64,000 nucleotides of DNA, taken from contig OX337229.1 in assembly GCA_946965045.2 (NCBI GenBank), forward strand, positions 5,332,001 to 5,396,000. Direction: 5' to 3'. Origin of the DNA: Epithemia pelagica. Its lineage: Eukaryota; Protista; Bacillariophyta. Made by a program: the position numbers and the translations under genes. Shown here one piece after another: positions 51,101 through 61,598 of this stretch. Numbering within the stretch: position 1 is the stretch's first letter; each line of letters starts with the position of its first letter. The notes beneath the pieces were generated by a model, which did not search any database, was not told the DNA's origin, and was given only the letters and a program-made list of their open reading frames with translations.

Positions 51101-53848
51101 TCCGGTTGCCCTGCTTCTGCATGGTTACTTTGTTTAGAATATGTGTGTGACCTCCTCAATCACACTTCCTCTCCCACCCACTCTGGCCGCACCCCTCTTG
51201 AGGCTCTTACCGGTACCCCACCCGACATTACCCATCTCCTTTTCTTTCCTTTCTGGGATGAGGTCTACTATCGTGTCGACCCTTCTGAACCTACCTCCGG
51301 TTCTTACCCTTCGTCTCCCGACGAGAAGATTGGCCACTGGGTTGGTTTTGCCCACAATGTTGGTGATGCCTTTACTTGGAAGATCCTCACTGCCGACAAC
51401 GTCCTCATCTACCGTTCCGCTGTCCGTCGCGTTGCCTCCACTACCCCCAACCTTCGTGTGGATATCTCTTCAGGGGAGGAGTCGCCGCATAAACCCACTG
51501 GTGACACTGTCTTTATTCGCAGCAGAAGTGAAGACCCATCCACACCTATGCCAACAATTGACTACGACGATTTAGTTGGACGCACATTCCTTTGTGACAC
51601 TGAAGAGAATGGGGAGCGCCACCGAGCACGAGTAATCAAACGAGTTGTCGACCTGGAACAAGAGGCAACCAAACAAGAAGATCGACTCAAATATATCTTT
51701 CGCAAGTCTAACTCCAATGTTGATGAGATGATCTCCTACAACCAGCTCATGGAATACATTGAAAGGGATAATCAAGCCCAAACGACAGGGGATAGTCTCT
51801 TCCGATTCAGAGACGTTATTGCACACCAAGGACCTTTGAACTCAAGCGACCCAGACTATAAAGGGAGTAAATATAATGTCCTTGTTGATTGGGAGACTGG
51901 GGAGACGACATACGAACCACTATCTCTTATTGCAAATGATGACCCCATCACAGTCGCCATCTATGCCAAGAAAAATGGTTTGCTGGATCTACCTGGATGG
52001 AAACATCTCAAGCGATATGTCAAGACAAGCAAAAGACTCATTCGAGCAGCTAAACAATCCAGGATCAAACAAGTTCGTCGCTCTATCAAGTACAAGTTTG
52101 GTTTCCAAGTACCTCGCACCTATGAAGAAGCAGTGGAACTAGACAAGCAATTTGGGAACACGAAATGGCAAGACGCAACAGAATTGGAACTCTCACAGAT
52201 CCAATCGTATAACACTTTCAAGGACCATGGAAAAGCCAAGTTCATTAATGGGAAATTGGCCAATGCACCAGAAGGATATCATAAGATAAGAGTACATCTG
52301 GTCTTTGATGTCAAGCATGACGGAAGGCACAAGGCACGACTTGTCGCAGATGGACATCTCACCAAGGAACCCGTTGAGACCATCTATTCAGGGGTTGTCT
52401 CCATTCGCAACCTTCGCATTGCCATATTTCTTGGAACCATGAACGACATGGAAATATGGGGAGCAGATATTGGGAACGCATACCTAGAAGCATTGACAGG
52501 AGAGAAGATTTTCATCATTGCAGGACCAGAGTTCAAGGAGTTAGAAGGACATATCTTGATCATCTACAAGGCATTATATGGTCTCAAATCCTCAGGTGCT
52601 CGCTGGCATGACAAACTGTTTGATGTTCTCATTGATATGGGATTTTCTCCAAGCAAGGCTGACCCTGATATCTGGATGAAGAAGGCTCCTGGAGAAGACT
52701 GTTATGAATATATCGCTGTATATGTTGATGACTTAGCTATCGTTGCCATGGACCCTGAAGCTGTCTGCAAGATCTTTACAGACAAATACAACTTCAAACT
52801 CAAAGGAGTCGGACCTATCGAGTATCATTTGGGGTGTCGTTATACCACAGATCCAGACGGTACACTTGTGTCTGACCCACGAAGGTACATCGAGAAGATG
52901 ATGGATACCTATGAGCGATTGTTCAATGAGAAACCCAAGAAAGCAAAGCCGCCAGTCATTGCTAACGATCATCCTGAACTCGATGACTCTGAGCTCTTAG
53001 ATGAAGAGGGGACCCAGCATTTCCAGACTCTTATTGGACAACTGCAATGGCTAATTACCATTGGCCGTTTTGATGTCTTTCCTGCTACCATGACTCTATC
53101 AAGGTTCAGAGCTGCTCCAAGGATTGGTCATTTGAAGCGAGCTAAACGCATCTATGGATACCTCATGTCATTTCCTGATGGGTCTATCAGATTCCGCACT
53201 GGGGAGCCAGATTTATCAGCTTTACCTATCCAAGAATACGATTGGAGTCGTACCGTATACATGGACGCCAAGGAACGTATCCCTGAGGACTGTCCAACCC
53301 CACTTGGGCGTTTTGTGACAACTATACATTATGTCGACGCAAATCTCATGCATGATATGGTTACTGGGAAAGCAGTTACAGCCATCCTGCATTTTGTAAA
53401 TGGTACACCCGTGGACTGGTACAGTAAGCGACAAGCCACAGTGGAAACAGCCACGTATGGATCTGAATTTGTTGCCGCAAGGACTGCAGTTGATCAGATC
53501 ACGGAGCTACGCCTTACACTCCGATACTTGGGAGTCCCTCTGCGAGAGAAGAGTTACATGTTTGGAGATAACCGCTCTGTCGTTATCAATAGCACCACAC
53601 CACACTCAATCATCTCCAAGAGGCACCATCTCCTATCCTATCACCGAGTCCGTGAAGCTATCGCTGCAAAGTACGTCGCATTCTACTGGAAAGATGGAAA
53701 GACAAACCCAGCTGATATCCTCAGCAAACATTGGGAATTCGCCGCAGTTTGGCCCATGCTCAGATCTTTGTTATTCTGGAGAGGAAAAATCCAGGAAAGT
53801 GATGAGGGAATTGACAATCCTCATTCGAAGAATTGTGGGGAGTGTTAG
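48176..53848 (+). CDS. Gag-Pol polyprotein of copia 2 (1890 aa) with chromodomain-like module between IN and RT
   Basis: PR LIDRGANGGLAG; IN VATDSIFSD / ISDGG / NKAENR; YNVLVDWETGETTYEPL; RT KARLVADG, ADIGNAYL, LYGLKSSG, YVDD; RH YVDANL, ETATYGSE, GDNRSV, NPADILSK. Confidence 0.97.
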   Translation: MDPQTPKTPFTPSEDKSSHITNQDLFDHITKGIFGCNDERAQSLQKWMRHHGFEHILHVLDHVATDPEETLKDLMQYKVGKQVNDLQTSTRLQLKLMAYWLLQQRQLQHGKLPRATWMNLTRDQYDDWRINTDFTKSGMNQDPVSPLKSPAHSVSSRSPTTSSTTSQSMLDLSAFKKGTKRDATAFESFKDERYFDSFWRVFKSTAKAQGLSNVLDFDYKVPKDDECAELLFREQQVFVYSVLVRIIQTDQGRAYVREHEHDEDARAVLKKLHVLHTESDLAKREVLRLTSYISNLRLDDSWRGTTRQFLLHFQEQLRLLDNLVPLSDRIHDHTRMTFLMQAVEKVPDLRRVKILDNVVNTKSGAKSLCYQSYFRLLLDAAFDHDQATRTSASNRRRHVKQHEFQLDEPFEPVEPPDYQINNTNIQSEKSSTSSKISLPRDVWFKLSEEDRQIIVDFNKSVQDSPTTPRKVQTHSLDIDPEPDPDPDANNIGDTHQDAPEQDPFDTSSDPVTQFVHQAIASTDINHPASDLSNILSTSTTKSSPKVKFKSSADHKQKVHMSRYLFSRKSTFSGNQLIDRGANGGLAGSDMRILAKTGRHITIVGIDNHELTGLPVVTCAAKFDTSDGPIIGIFNEYAHYGKGLSIHAPAQFEHFGLSVDERSVKVDGKQRITTLDGRALPLRIKDGLAYIQSLGIPSDDDMDKYPHIVFTSPHIWDPSVLDHTHPDPHQDPAPNWTSVETDGSMETYPYDQYGEYTDRVVCTLNLLLDLPYDHGPDTPSFFSIYADQDGNDPTLHASVHKLYKEQYDWKKFRPFFGWQSEDVIADTFKHTTRHGHISFDQDTLKKHFKARNPILNLPRRHEPVATDSIFSDTPAVNHGGKIAQIFVGRDTLVTDIYGIKSTKQFVNTLQDNIRTRGVMETLISDGGSSLISHKVKDILRTLLIGEYRSEPYHQHQNKAENRYQTVKRMTNAIMNASGCPASAWLLCLEYVCDLLNHTSSPTHSGRTPLEALTGTPPDITHLLFFPFWDEVYYRVDPSEPTSGSYPSSPDEKIGHWVGFAHNVGDAFTWKILTADNVLIYRSAVRRVASTTPNLRVDISSGEESPHKPTGDTVFIRSRSEDPSTPMPTIDYDDLVGRTFLCDTEENGERHRARVIKRVVDLEQEATKQEDRLKYIFRKSNSNVDEMISYNQLMEYIERDNQAQTTGDSLFRFRDVIAHQGPLNSSDPDYKGSKYNVLVDWETGETTYEPLSLIANDDPITVAIYAKKNGLLDLPGWKHLKRYVKTSKRLIRAAKQSRIKQVRRSIKYKFGFQVPRTYEEAVELDKQFGNTKWQDATELELSQIQSYNTFKDHGKAKFINGKLANAPEGYHKIRVHLVFDVKHDGRHKARLVADGHLTKEPVETIYSGVVSIRNLRIAIFLGTMNDMEIWGADIGNAYLEALTGEKIFIIAGPEFKELEGHILIIYKALYGLKSSGARWHDKLFDVLIDMGFSPSKADPDIWMKKAPGEDCYEYIAVYVDDLAIVAMDPEAVCKIFTDKYNFKLKGVGPIEYHLGCRYTTDPDGTLVSDPRRYIEKMMDTYERLFNEKPKKAKPPVIANDHPELDDSELLDEEGTQHFQTLIGQLQWLITIGRFDVFPATMTLSRFRAAPRIGHLKRAKRIYGYLMSFPDGSIRFRTGEPDLSALPIQEYDWSRTVYMDAKERIPEDCPTPLGRFVTTIHYVDANLMHDMVTGKAVTAILHFVNGTPVDWYSKRQATVETATYGSEFVAARTAVDQITELRLTLRYLGVPLREKSYMFGDNRSVVINSTTPHSIISKRHHLLSYHRVREAIAAKYVAFYWKDGKTNPADILSKHWEFAAVWPMLRSLLFWRGKIQESDEGIDNPHSKNCGEC
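53828..53842 (+). promoter_or_regulatory. Polypurine tract of copia 2
   Basis: AAGAATTGTGGGGAG lies directly before the 3' LTR TG; it falls inside the end of the pol ORF. Confidence 0.75.
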
Positions 53849-54600
53849 GATTCTCACCGAAAACTAGGTGGTGAAACCTACAACTCATCGAATGATGCTA
53901 GTATTTTATGGCATCCGATGACATTTTCCTAAAAGTGAGAAAAGAATGTCGGCATGCTCGCGAAACTATAAATTTGGCCACGGCATGCTCGCAGTGCACG
54001 CGTTATCGGCGACCGCTCGGATATTAACTATGGCCCAACACGTGCGCGCCCAAAACTATCAAGTGCGCGCCTCTACTATCCGAGTACGCGCATCCACGAT
54101 TCGACCTAACGGTCTATGTAATCAAAGCACGAATCACGATCACGCGAGACCATAACTCTGTTCCCACAAATCCAAGAATGCAAACAGCAACGCGTCCAGG
54201 ACAAGACTTATACCACGACAAAGCAAGAGCTGTTGCATCCCATACATGTTATCCATCACCCTATACATTCAATACACACCAATGCCGGTCTACTCCAACC
54301 AGTGAGGACCTATCACACCAGATCCATGGCCGTATACAAGAGCCAGGACTTCGGCACCATCAACCACCTTAGTTAGTAATCATCTCGCAATCATTAATAT
54401 CACCATTTTAACACTCATCTTAAGACTAACCTCTTATCAGTGGACCGACTGCCCCCACCCACGGCGGACTTCGACTTGCAACTCTTCTCTGACCCGTGGA
54501 GGATTGTTGTATCGGTTGGTGATTCGATTGTCGGCTCAGCGAGCCTTTTACCTATCCTACCTATCTGTCTAACCCCTGTTGAATCGAGAGAAGTTTATCA
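53843..54600 (+). repeat. 3' LTR of copia 2
   Basis: 758 bp at offset 7533 from the 5' LTR; the ORF-track translations within the two LTRs are identical. Confidence 0.97.
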
Positions 54601-55343
54601 TCCTCTTGAATGTGTTGGGCCAATTCGGGACTGACTACCGAAGAACCACCAAAAAACAAGTTGACAAAATCCACCACATTGTCCCCCGTGATACAGAGAT
54701 CATCCAGAGCGGCTTCACTGCCCTCGGCGCCAGTTGCAACACCGGTGCAGGCCACTACATTGTCGAACAAAAACTTTCCTGATTTTCCGGCCGGGAGCTG
54801 GATATGCTCCATTTCCCAAGTATCAATGGAACCATCCTTGTTGGTATCAATAAATTCAATCGCATCTTGGACCATTGAATCCATATCCAGTCCGTCTTGA
54901 CTTGCTGAATCATCCACAAGGCCGGACAACAATGACGTGTAGAGAGACCGGAGTATATCGGTCGAGAACGTTTGGCCAGTCTCCATACGAGCAACAAAGT
55001 CTTCCAAGGTTTGATCCGCTTGTGTCAAAGAAGCGCCCTTGTTTGGCACGTGTGATTGGCCTCCTTGCTGAGACGTGAGGAGAAAGCACTTGTTGTTGTG
55101 GTTCGTTTCTTCTGGAACAGCCGTCAAGGTACGCCGAAGGTCCAATTTTCCGACCACCAATCCAACAAGCAGCAACAAAATCGCAATCCCAATAAAGACG
55201 AGAAAGAATTTGGGCCGCGGTTCTTCAGGACTTGGTTGTACGTTCGCGGCGATGTAGAAGAAATTTGTACCATCAGGGAACGGAACCGGAACCGGAACAC
55301 CGCCATTCAAAAGATTGAGATTGCTGGCATCGAATTTGAACAC
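54601..55343 (-). pseudogene. Main part of the host gene split by copia 2 (TM segment plus EF-hand-like motif); 5' exons unresolved, probably up to ~55840
   Basis: Hydrophobic FFLVFIGIAILLLLVGLVVG; EF-hand loop DTNKDGSIDTWE; frame runs to ...QHIQE at the TSD. Confidence 0.78.
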
Positions 55344-56274
55344 AGACCCGACACACGATGTCGGAATTCCTCGTGTGGATTGGGATGGTGTGGGTTTGGT
55401 CGATCATCGTCGTCCTTGCAATGGCGGCGTACTCGTCGACCCGATACCATTCGCAAGAAAAAGTCATCCTTATCTTGACTGTCGCACAGTCCGACGGATT
55501 GTTTGCATTATGGCGGGGGTGCTTGTTCGTGGTTGGGTATTACCTTGCATTCCTGGGTGGTTCATTATTTGCATTGGTCTTTCCGGTCCAGTTTTGCTGC
55601 CGTTTTTTGAGTGCCGCCGTCGGATTGTTGGTCTCGACCTTGCTCTTTGCCGCAGTCTTGAACGGATTGGGACATCATCATCCCAAGTGTTTGGGTGGCG
55701 TGGACTTTTATGAAGCAGATTACTTTACCGATGCCTTTGTGTTGATGCCTTTGTTTCGAGTTGGACCACCTTTAGTACGGTACGTGCACACACACGCACA
55801 AGACACTAGGTAGGGACATTTGCCAAGAGGTGGTTGTCATGTTTGTGTTGTATCCATGATTCCATGTGTTTTCTCATAATGTCGTTGTGCACACATGTGT
55901 GCTGCTGTGGGATTGGTGGAATCTGTATAATACCAGGTGGGATATGGGTTGATTTACAGTGGTATTAGTGCCGATGAACACGCGATATTCGCAAATGTAC
56001 AGGCATGACCATTGTCGTGACCTTGTAGGCCTTTGCCTTTCCAAGGTCACACGAACCCAATCCGTGGTCCAAGTAGCCTTCTTTAGTACACCCATTGTCA
56101 TTCGATATGGATCCATGTTCGGATGTTGCTTGCTTGCAAGGTTTGTTCCTCATCTTGCGAGACAATGGCTTATAAACAAAAGCTATGGTTTGTAAAAAAT
56201 ATCTCGTGCTATCTTTCGATTTTCGGGTCCGGTCGCACATGCGTATAATGAGCGCAATCGCAAAGTCGCGTTTT

Positions 56275-56371
56275 GATAGAATGGCCTGCGTGAAAGCGCG
56301 ATGCGATTTGGAAGGAATTTTGGTGAGCATGAGCACCAAAATCGCGCTTTCGCGCGTCGATAGAATGGGCC
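56275..56371. other. Intergenic imperfect inverted repeat flanked by short direct repeats
   Basis: GCGTGAAAGCGCGAT...ATTTTGGTG / CACCAAAATCGCGCTTTCGCGC; flanked by GATAGAATGGCC and GATAGAATGGGCC. Confidence 0.6.
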
Positions 56372-56979
56372 CCGCAGTGCATGCGATCACGCGTGACTCA
56401 CTCACATGCTTGGGGGTATGTGGCTCCTGAATACGACGGATACTGAACTCAGCCGTCCTATACCGCCTTGGCGGTTTCAATCTTCATTGTCGATAAAATT
56501 CTGAAACGTGTGTGTGACGTGAGAGTGGCACTACTAATTTCAGCGACTGAATCACAATATAGCAAAGGGTGGACTGCTGCGATCTATCCAAAACAGCGAC
56601 TTAGTACATTATAGATGATATAAAAAGTTGTCAGTACATACTGATCTACATTTTGCGCGTGACTCAGTTCACCCTGAATCTGTTCCCACAATTTGCCCAC
56701 CGCGCACACTTCGTCTTTGGAACAGTGGGGAAGCATTCCTGCAATGGGGACAGCCAGCAGCATCCCAGAAATTGTTCCTGTCTCCTTTACCCTTTTAAGC
56801 GATCCGTATCCCTTATTCGTCTGATGAGATGATGTTCGAAATGAGCTGTCTCGAACTTCTTGACCATTCCTTGCTCTTCGCGTCTTCCACCACGCAATGA
56901 CGCCGATTATGGACTCGAAGTGGTCTCATAAACTGGAGGTTTCTCACCCATTGAAAACAGTAACCACAATCAAGCAGAA

Positions 56980-58437
56980 ATGACTTTGACAACAGTCGTC
57001 GGAAGCTCCGGATCGGGGAAGACAACCTTTTTGAACGATGTTCATAAGAGCAACAAATGCATCTACATTCGCCAGTATCACACAATGCGACCGTACATCC
57101 CCGTCTCCAAGATCCCCAACTTTGATCCAACCCGTTTGCCATACTGGAATATATACGTGGGCGAGGAGAAAGACAAGACCATCAAGGTTGGTGGAACCAT
57201 GGCAGGAAACTTCACGGCTGGTTTGTCGGGTGGACAGCGCAAGTTGCTCTTGTTTGAATTGATTTGTCAACGAACGGCGAATCAATCCGAGCTCTTGATT
57301 GCCCTGGATGAACCCTTTGCCGGTGTCACGGATGACTTTGTTCCATTCATTGTCAAGCGATTGAATGAAATACGCAAGAAGCACAACATTGTGTTGGTCA
57401 CCAACGATCACGTCGATACCTTGACCAAAATGGCGGATAACACCATTACTGTTTCGGCAGTGGACCGGACCATTGTCAAGGTGAATGACAAGGAAGGCGT
57501 GGATCGACAGAGAGCCATTTTTGCGTTGTCGATTGGAGACGCCTATGACTTTCAGGCGTCCGATGAAGACTTGAATTTCTTTTTGGACGTGGAAGTATAT
57601 TCCGATCAATCGTTGATCGGAATCGCCATGTTCTCCATCTTCTGCTTTGGGTTGTTTTTGTTGACATTCTGGGATTCTTCTGAAGACCAAGCCTCACTGG
57701 TACTTGTGGCTGGAAGTCTCATTGCTTTCTTTTGTGTCAATCCCTATCTACTATCTCTGGTCGAGTGGCGAAATGCTGTGGAGGAAGAGGCAGAAGCGTT
57801 GATGCATTCCTCCAAGACCATGAATGGAGCACTCAAAACTGTCATGACCGTATTGATTGTCTTGATTCTTTCCTTTGCCGAGTATGGCGTAATTGTTGCT
57901 GTTGTCGATGGTTTGTCTGACATCAAGTTTTGGTTGGGTATCTTCTTGGACAGTGCGTCCATGACCTTTCCTCTTGTTTGTTTGGGCATTTACACACACA
58001 TGGATTTTCAGTCGGTCGAAATCTTTGGTACTTTGCCCTTCTTGCTCATGATCTTTCTCAGTACCACCTTTAGTCCAGGCTCGGGCGTGGAAGTGGTCAA
58101 GGAGCTTCGCTACTTGTTTTCTCGGTTCTACCTCTGGTGCATGGTCCCCGATGTACAAGACGACATGGAAGGATGTCCCGAAGATGAAGGATTGAACATT
58201 TTGTACATGATTTTGGCTTCCTTGGTTCCAGTTGTGTTGTTTTTGGTAACGCAAACAATTGTGGTCCTGCGACGCAGAAACAAGGAATCCGAAAAGGCTC
58301 GACTGAAGGAGAGTATGATGGATGACGAATTTGCCGATTTGCAACTAAGTTTGTATGGAGAACGAGCTTTGAAACGTCTGAACCACTTGAACTCCACAAC
58401 TCATTCCAGGGCCTCGACCGATGACGAGCAAGTGTAG
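56980..58437 (+). CDS. ABC half-transporter (NBD-TMD order, ABCG-like), 485 aa
   Basis: Walker A GSSGSGKTT, signature LSGGQ, Walker B IALDE, then about six hydrophobic helices. Confidence 0.9.
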   Translation: MTLTTVVGSSGSGKTTFLNDVHKSNKCIYIRQYHTMRPYIPVSKIPNFDPTRLPYWNIYVGEEKDKTIKVGGTMAGNFTAGLSGGQRKLLLFELICQRTANQSELLIALDEPFAGVTDDFVPFIVKRLNEIRKKHNIVLVTNDHVDTLTKMADNTITVSAVDRTIVKVNDKEGVDRQRAIFALSIGDAYDFQASDEDLNFFLDVEVYSDQSLIGIAMFSIFCFGLFLLTFWDSSEDQASLVLVAGSLIAFFCVNPYLLSLVEWRNAVEEEAEALMHSSKTMNGALKTVMTVLIVLILSFAEYGVIVAVVDGLSDIKFWLGIFLDSASMTFPLVCLGIYTHMDFQSVEIFGTLPFLLMIFLSTTFSPGSGVEVVKELRYLFSRFYLWCMVPDVQDDMEGCPEDEGLNILYMILASLVPVVLFLVTQTIVVLRRRNKESEKARLKESMMDDEFADLQLSLYGERALKRLNHLNSTTHSRASTDDEQV

Positions 58438-58732
58438 ACGATATAGAGCGAAATCATTGGCACAACCAACAATGGCAAGAACATGTTGCCGCTAGAACAA
58501 GAGTCTTTCTTGACTCGTATCCCGTATAAAGAGCACAATAACTATGGAGTGCCTACATAGACTATGTTCTTCTGAAAAAAGGTAAAGTCACGTAAAGTTT
58601 CAGCGACTGCCAATTTGAGTGCGTGTCGACGAAACAGCGATTTCCGCAAAACTTTTCTTCAAGAGAGAGGTGAATGTATCTCTCGCTCATGGTGGAGATG
58701 ATCAAGTGTTCGTATGTCAGGAGCAGCGTAGG

Positions 58733-61240
58733 ATGACAACGACGCTCCGTCCCAACCAACGAGGGACAAGAATTCCTCGCGCAACGACCAATCGAAAAAT
58801 CAATCCTCCGGTTCGGCGCTCACAACCTGTTGTCACCACAACGACACCTCGCACAACCGATCCAACAGCGATCAAGGCCCCGAACGACGACAATGAGACT
58901 ATTCTGGATCGTAGGAAGGATCCAAAGTCTCTCACAACCAACCGTCACAACGATGGCACAGAAGGTGACGCCGGAGGGTCGTGCAAGCGTATAGTGCCAT
59001 CCAACCAAACAGCCATTGACCATCAAGAAGACATGAAGCAAAGTGCAGATGAAGTAGAGACGGAACACAGTGCCGTTGCTCCATCAACTCCGACGCTAAT
59101 TGGTAATAACACAGATCGACTGGAATCTTCTTTGCCTTCCTCACCACCACCACCACGAAAACAACAACAAGACGATGACGAACGAGAATCGCTACAAGAA
59201 GAAATCACCTTTGTCTGGCACACAGACGCTACCATTCCTCGGAGCAACGTTGCATCTCACAAACAACAAGCACAGGCATCACCGCAACTACAAAGACCAG
59301 TTGGAGCTCACACTCCGTTGGCATTAACCACTGCTAATTCCTCGGCAACGACGACGACAAGTCATTCGTATCCGCATCATGTTCGTCGTCGATCGTCTTC
59401 ATCCTCCACCACTACTGCCAGCGGTAGTCTCCATACCTGCACGAGCACCAATACCGCCAGTTACCCTCGTTCCACTGCAGCGACGGTACGGTCCTTGGCT
59501 GGATCGACATCCTCCATTACAACCACCTCATCGTCCTTGCGTCATTTGCATGCCATGGAATTTAAAAAGCGACAACAAGAATTGGCCTTTGGCTTGCAAC
59601 GACGAAACCACAAGGCCCGATCCTCCTCGCAATTTCCCTCTCATGTCTATTATTACGCTCCGAAAGGTTCCTCCTCGACGCCGGCAACGGCGCAACTGCG
59701 ACATGCACTCGAAGCCGCGTCCCGGAGGTTCGCACATCCAGAGATGGGGACGACTCCGCCCACCAAATTTTTGCGTTCGAAACCAATGGCATCCTCAGTG
59801 AGTTCCACACATGCTTCAACGACAGGAACGTCTCCGATAGCCACCACAAACACTCCACCGTCTCCTTCCACTGCACAAGACGACGAACTCCATCGAAACA
59901 CTGACCCTCGTCCTTTGCCCTGCAACACGAGTAGCAATCCAGTTCCAAGCAACAACAATCACGATACCGTGTCAATAACCTCTTCAAATTCCACAATGAC
60001 GGGAAGCTCCAGTAATTTGGATGGTTTGGTCCGACAATTGGCCCGTTTCCAACCACCCATTCAACCCGAGTTTGATGACGACGACGACGACCACCCCAAT
60101 CCGGTGGATAACCAGAATGACGATGCGGTGGAGGACGACTTGAGTCCTTTGTGGCAGCTAGCCGACCCGAAACACGCCGATGGTTCGTCACCAACACGTG
60201 CGGAACGTTCGGACTTGGGTGTGGTCCAACCAAACTCCCCCGAATCTCGAGGCAGCAGTAGTAGTGACGAGATTGTCTCCTCTGTCGAGACGCAAACCAT
60301 TACATTGAAAGCGACTGACAGTATCGAGGAAGAACACGGCGATGAAGAGGAGTACGAGGAAGATGCAATTGACAAGGAAAGCAAAGTCGATGAAGATGAT
60401 GAGGAGGAAGATATCGTACTTTTGCCAGACGACCTGGATGAGCACGTTCTCTCCTCCGATGGGGAAGGAGAGCATGACGAAACGATACCACAGGAAAGCA
60501 AGTCACACCAGGTAAATGTTTCTGGGAAGGAAACATCGCAAGACCAGGATGGCGCTCATGACGTTTTGGATAGTGACGAACTGGCCAGTGACGAGACGGA
60601 CATTCTGGATGACACCGATGTGGACGACGAAACAACTGAGAGTGATGACGATGATGATGAAGACGAGGAGCTTTTGATTCGGCCAGTTTTACCGTCCGCG
60701 TCCTCCTGGTCGACAGCCGTGTCCTTTCTTGTTCCCTGTCACGGCCCGTTTGGTACTCCTTCCTCGCTGCTTTGTGTTCGCAAAGATGCCCATGCAGCGT
60801 GGCAATTGTGTCGAGAGGAGGGAGGATTGTTGCCACCACCCGCAGTAGTACCATCGCCATCATCACAACCGTCGCTCGTCGAATCCCCGACTGCGGCAGC
60901 AACTTTGCACCCCACAAAATACACAACAAACCTGGATAAGGCGAAGACCCTTTCACAAACTCATATTCTTGCTTCATGCCAGACACCAGGCAGTGCGACC
61001 ATCCGGTTGAATTGCTCCGAGGAAACGAGTAGTATTGGTGACAACGACGAGCGAGAGAGGATCTTCTTGTCGTTCTCGACCTTAACAACCAAAGAAAAGC
61101 CTCGTTCCGAATTTTTCTTGTGGACTGAGCTTGGTGTGTCCTTGTTGATATGGTACATTTGTATGCTCTTGCTCTTTTCTTCGTCCGACGAACCTCTTGA
61201 TTGGACAATGGTCGCAGCACGAACAACTGCCGTAGTATAA
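58733..61240 (+). CDS. Ser/Thr- and Asp/Glu-rich disordered protein with a C-terminal TM helix (tail-anchored-like), ~835 aa
   Basis: Long ORF from ATG 58733; C-terminal FFLWTELGVSLLIWYICMLLLFSS. Confidence 0.75.
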   Translation: MTTTLRPNQRGTRIPRATTNRKINPPVRRSQPVVTTTTPRTTDPTAIKAPNDDNETILDRRKDPKSLTTNRHNDGTEGDAGGSCKRIVPSNQTAIDHQEDMKQSADEVETEHSAVAPSTPTLIGNNTDRLESSLPSSPPPPRKQQQDDDERESLQEEITFVWHTDATIPRSNVASHKQQAQASPQLQRPVGAHTPLALTTANSSATTTTSHSYPHHVRRRSSSSSTTTASGSLHTCTSTNTASYPRSTAATVRSLAGSTSSITTTSSSLRHLHAMEFKKRQQELAFGLQRRNHKARSSSQFPSHVYYYAPKGSSSTPATAQLRHALEAASRRFAHPEMGTTPPTKFLRSKPMASSVSSTHASTTGTSPIATTNTPPSPSTAQDDELHRNTDPRPLPCNTSSNPVPSNNNHDTVSITSSNSTMTGSSSNLDGLVRQLARFQPPIQPEFDDDDDDHPNPVDNQNDDAVEDDLSPLWQLADPKHADGSSPTRAERSDLGVVQPNSPESRGSSSSDEIVSSVETQTITLKATDSIEEEHGDEEEYEEDAIDKESKVDEDDEEEDIVLLPDDLDEHVLSSDGEGEHDETIPQESKSHQVNVSGKETSQDQDGAHDVLDSDELASDETDILDDTDVDDETTESDDDDDEDEELLIRPVLPSASSWSTAVSFLVPCHGPFGTPSSLLCVRKDAHAAWQLCREEGGLLPPPAVVPSPSSQPSLVESPTAAATLHPTKYTTNLDKAKTLSQTHILASCQTPGSATIRLNCSEETSSIGDNDERERIFLSFSTLTTKEKPRSEFFLWTELGVSLLIWYICMLLLFSSSDEPLDWTMVAARTTAVV

Positions 61241-61598
61241 CAATAGAAGTGGACAGTGGTTTTTGTCATTGCAGCAACATGGATTGATGGATGTGCTCCT
61301 TTGTCTCGCTTATGGACTACTAGCTTTGAAAAGGAAAAAGTCTCGAACGTGTGATGAAGACGAAAAGCTGATTGTACTCCAGGAAACATCGTTTGTGAAT
61401 TGTCTTTGACGAATACTGCATAGAAAATATATACAAAAAGCTCAAAGAGTAGAGAGATACTTTGCTTGTGTAGAGGTTCCAAGTCCATTGCTCCTTTCCT
61501 ACGTACAAACACATGAATGACGATCTACCTAGTAGTGGATATGAGACTGTGTTACTGTTTGTAGAGAGAACGTCATTTTTATTTAACGAATGAATGAA

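Larger units (their letters stand above)
46310..54600 (+). mobile_element. Full-length Ty1/copia retrotransposon 2 (8291 bp), apparently intact and very recent
   Basis: TG...CA LTRs of 758 bp; TSD TCCTC at 46305-46309 and 54601-54605; single 1890-aa gag-pol ORF; PPT. Confidence 0.98.
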
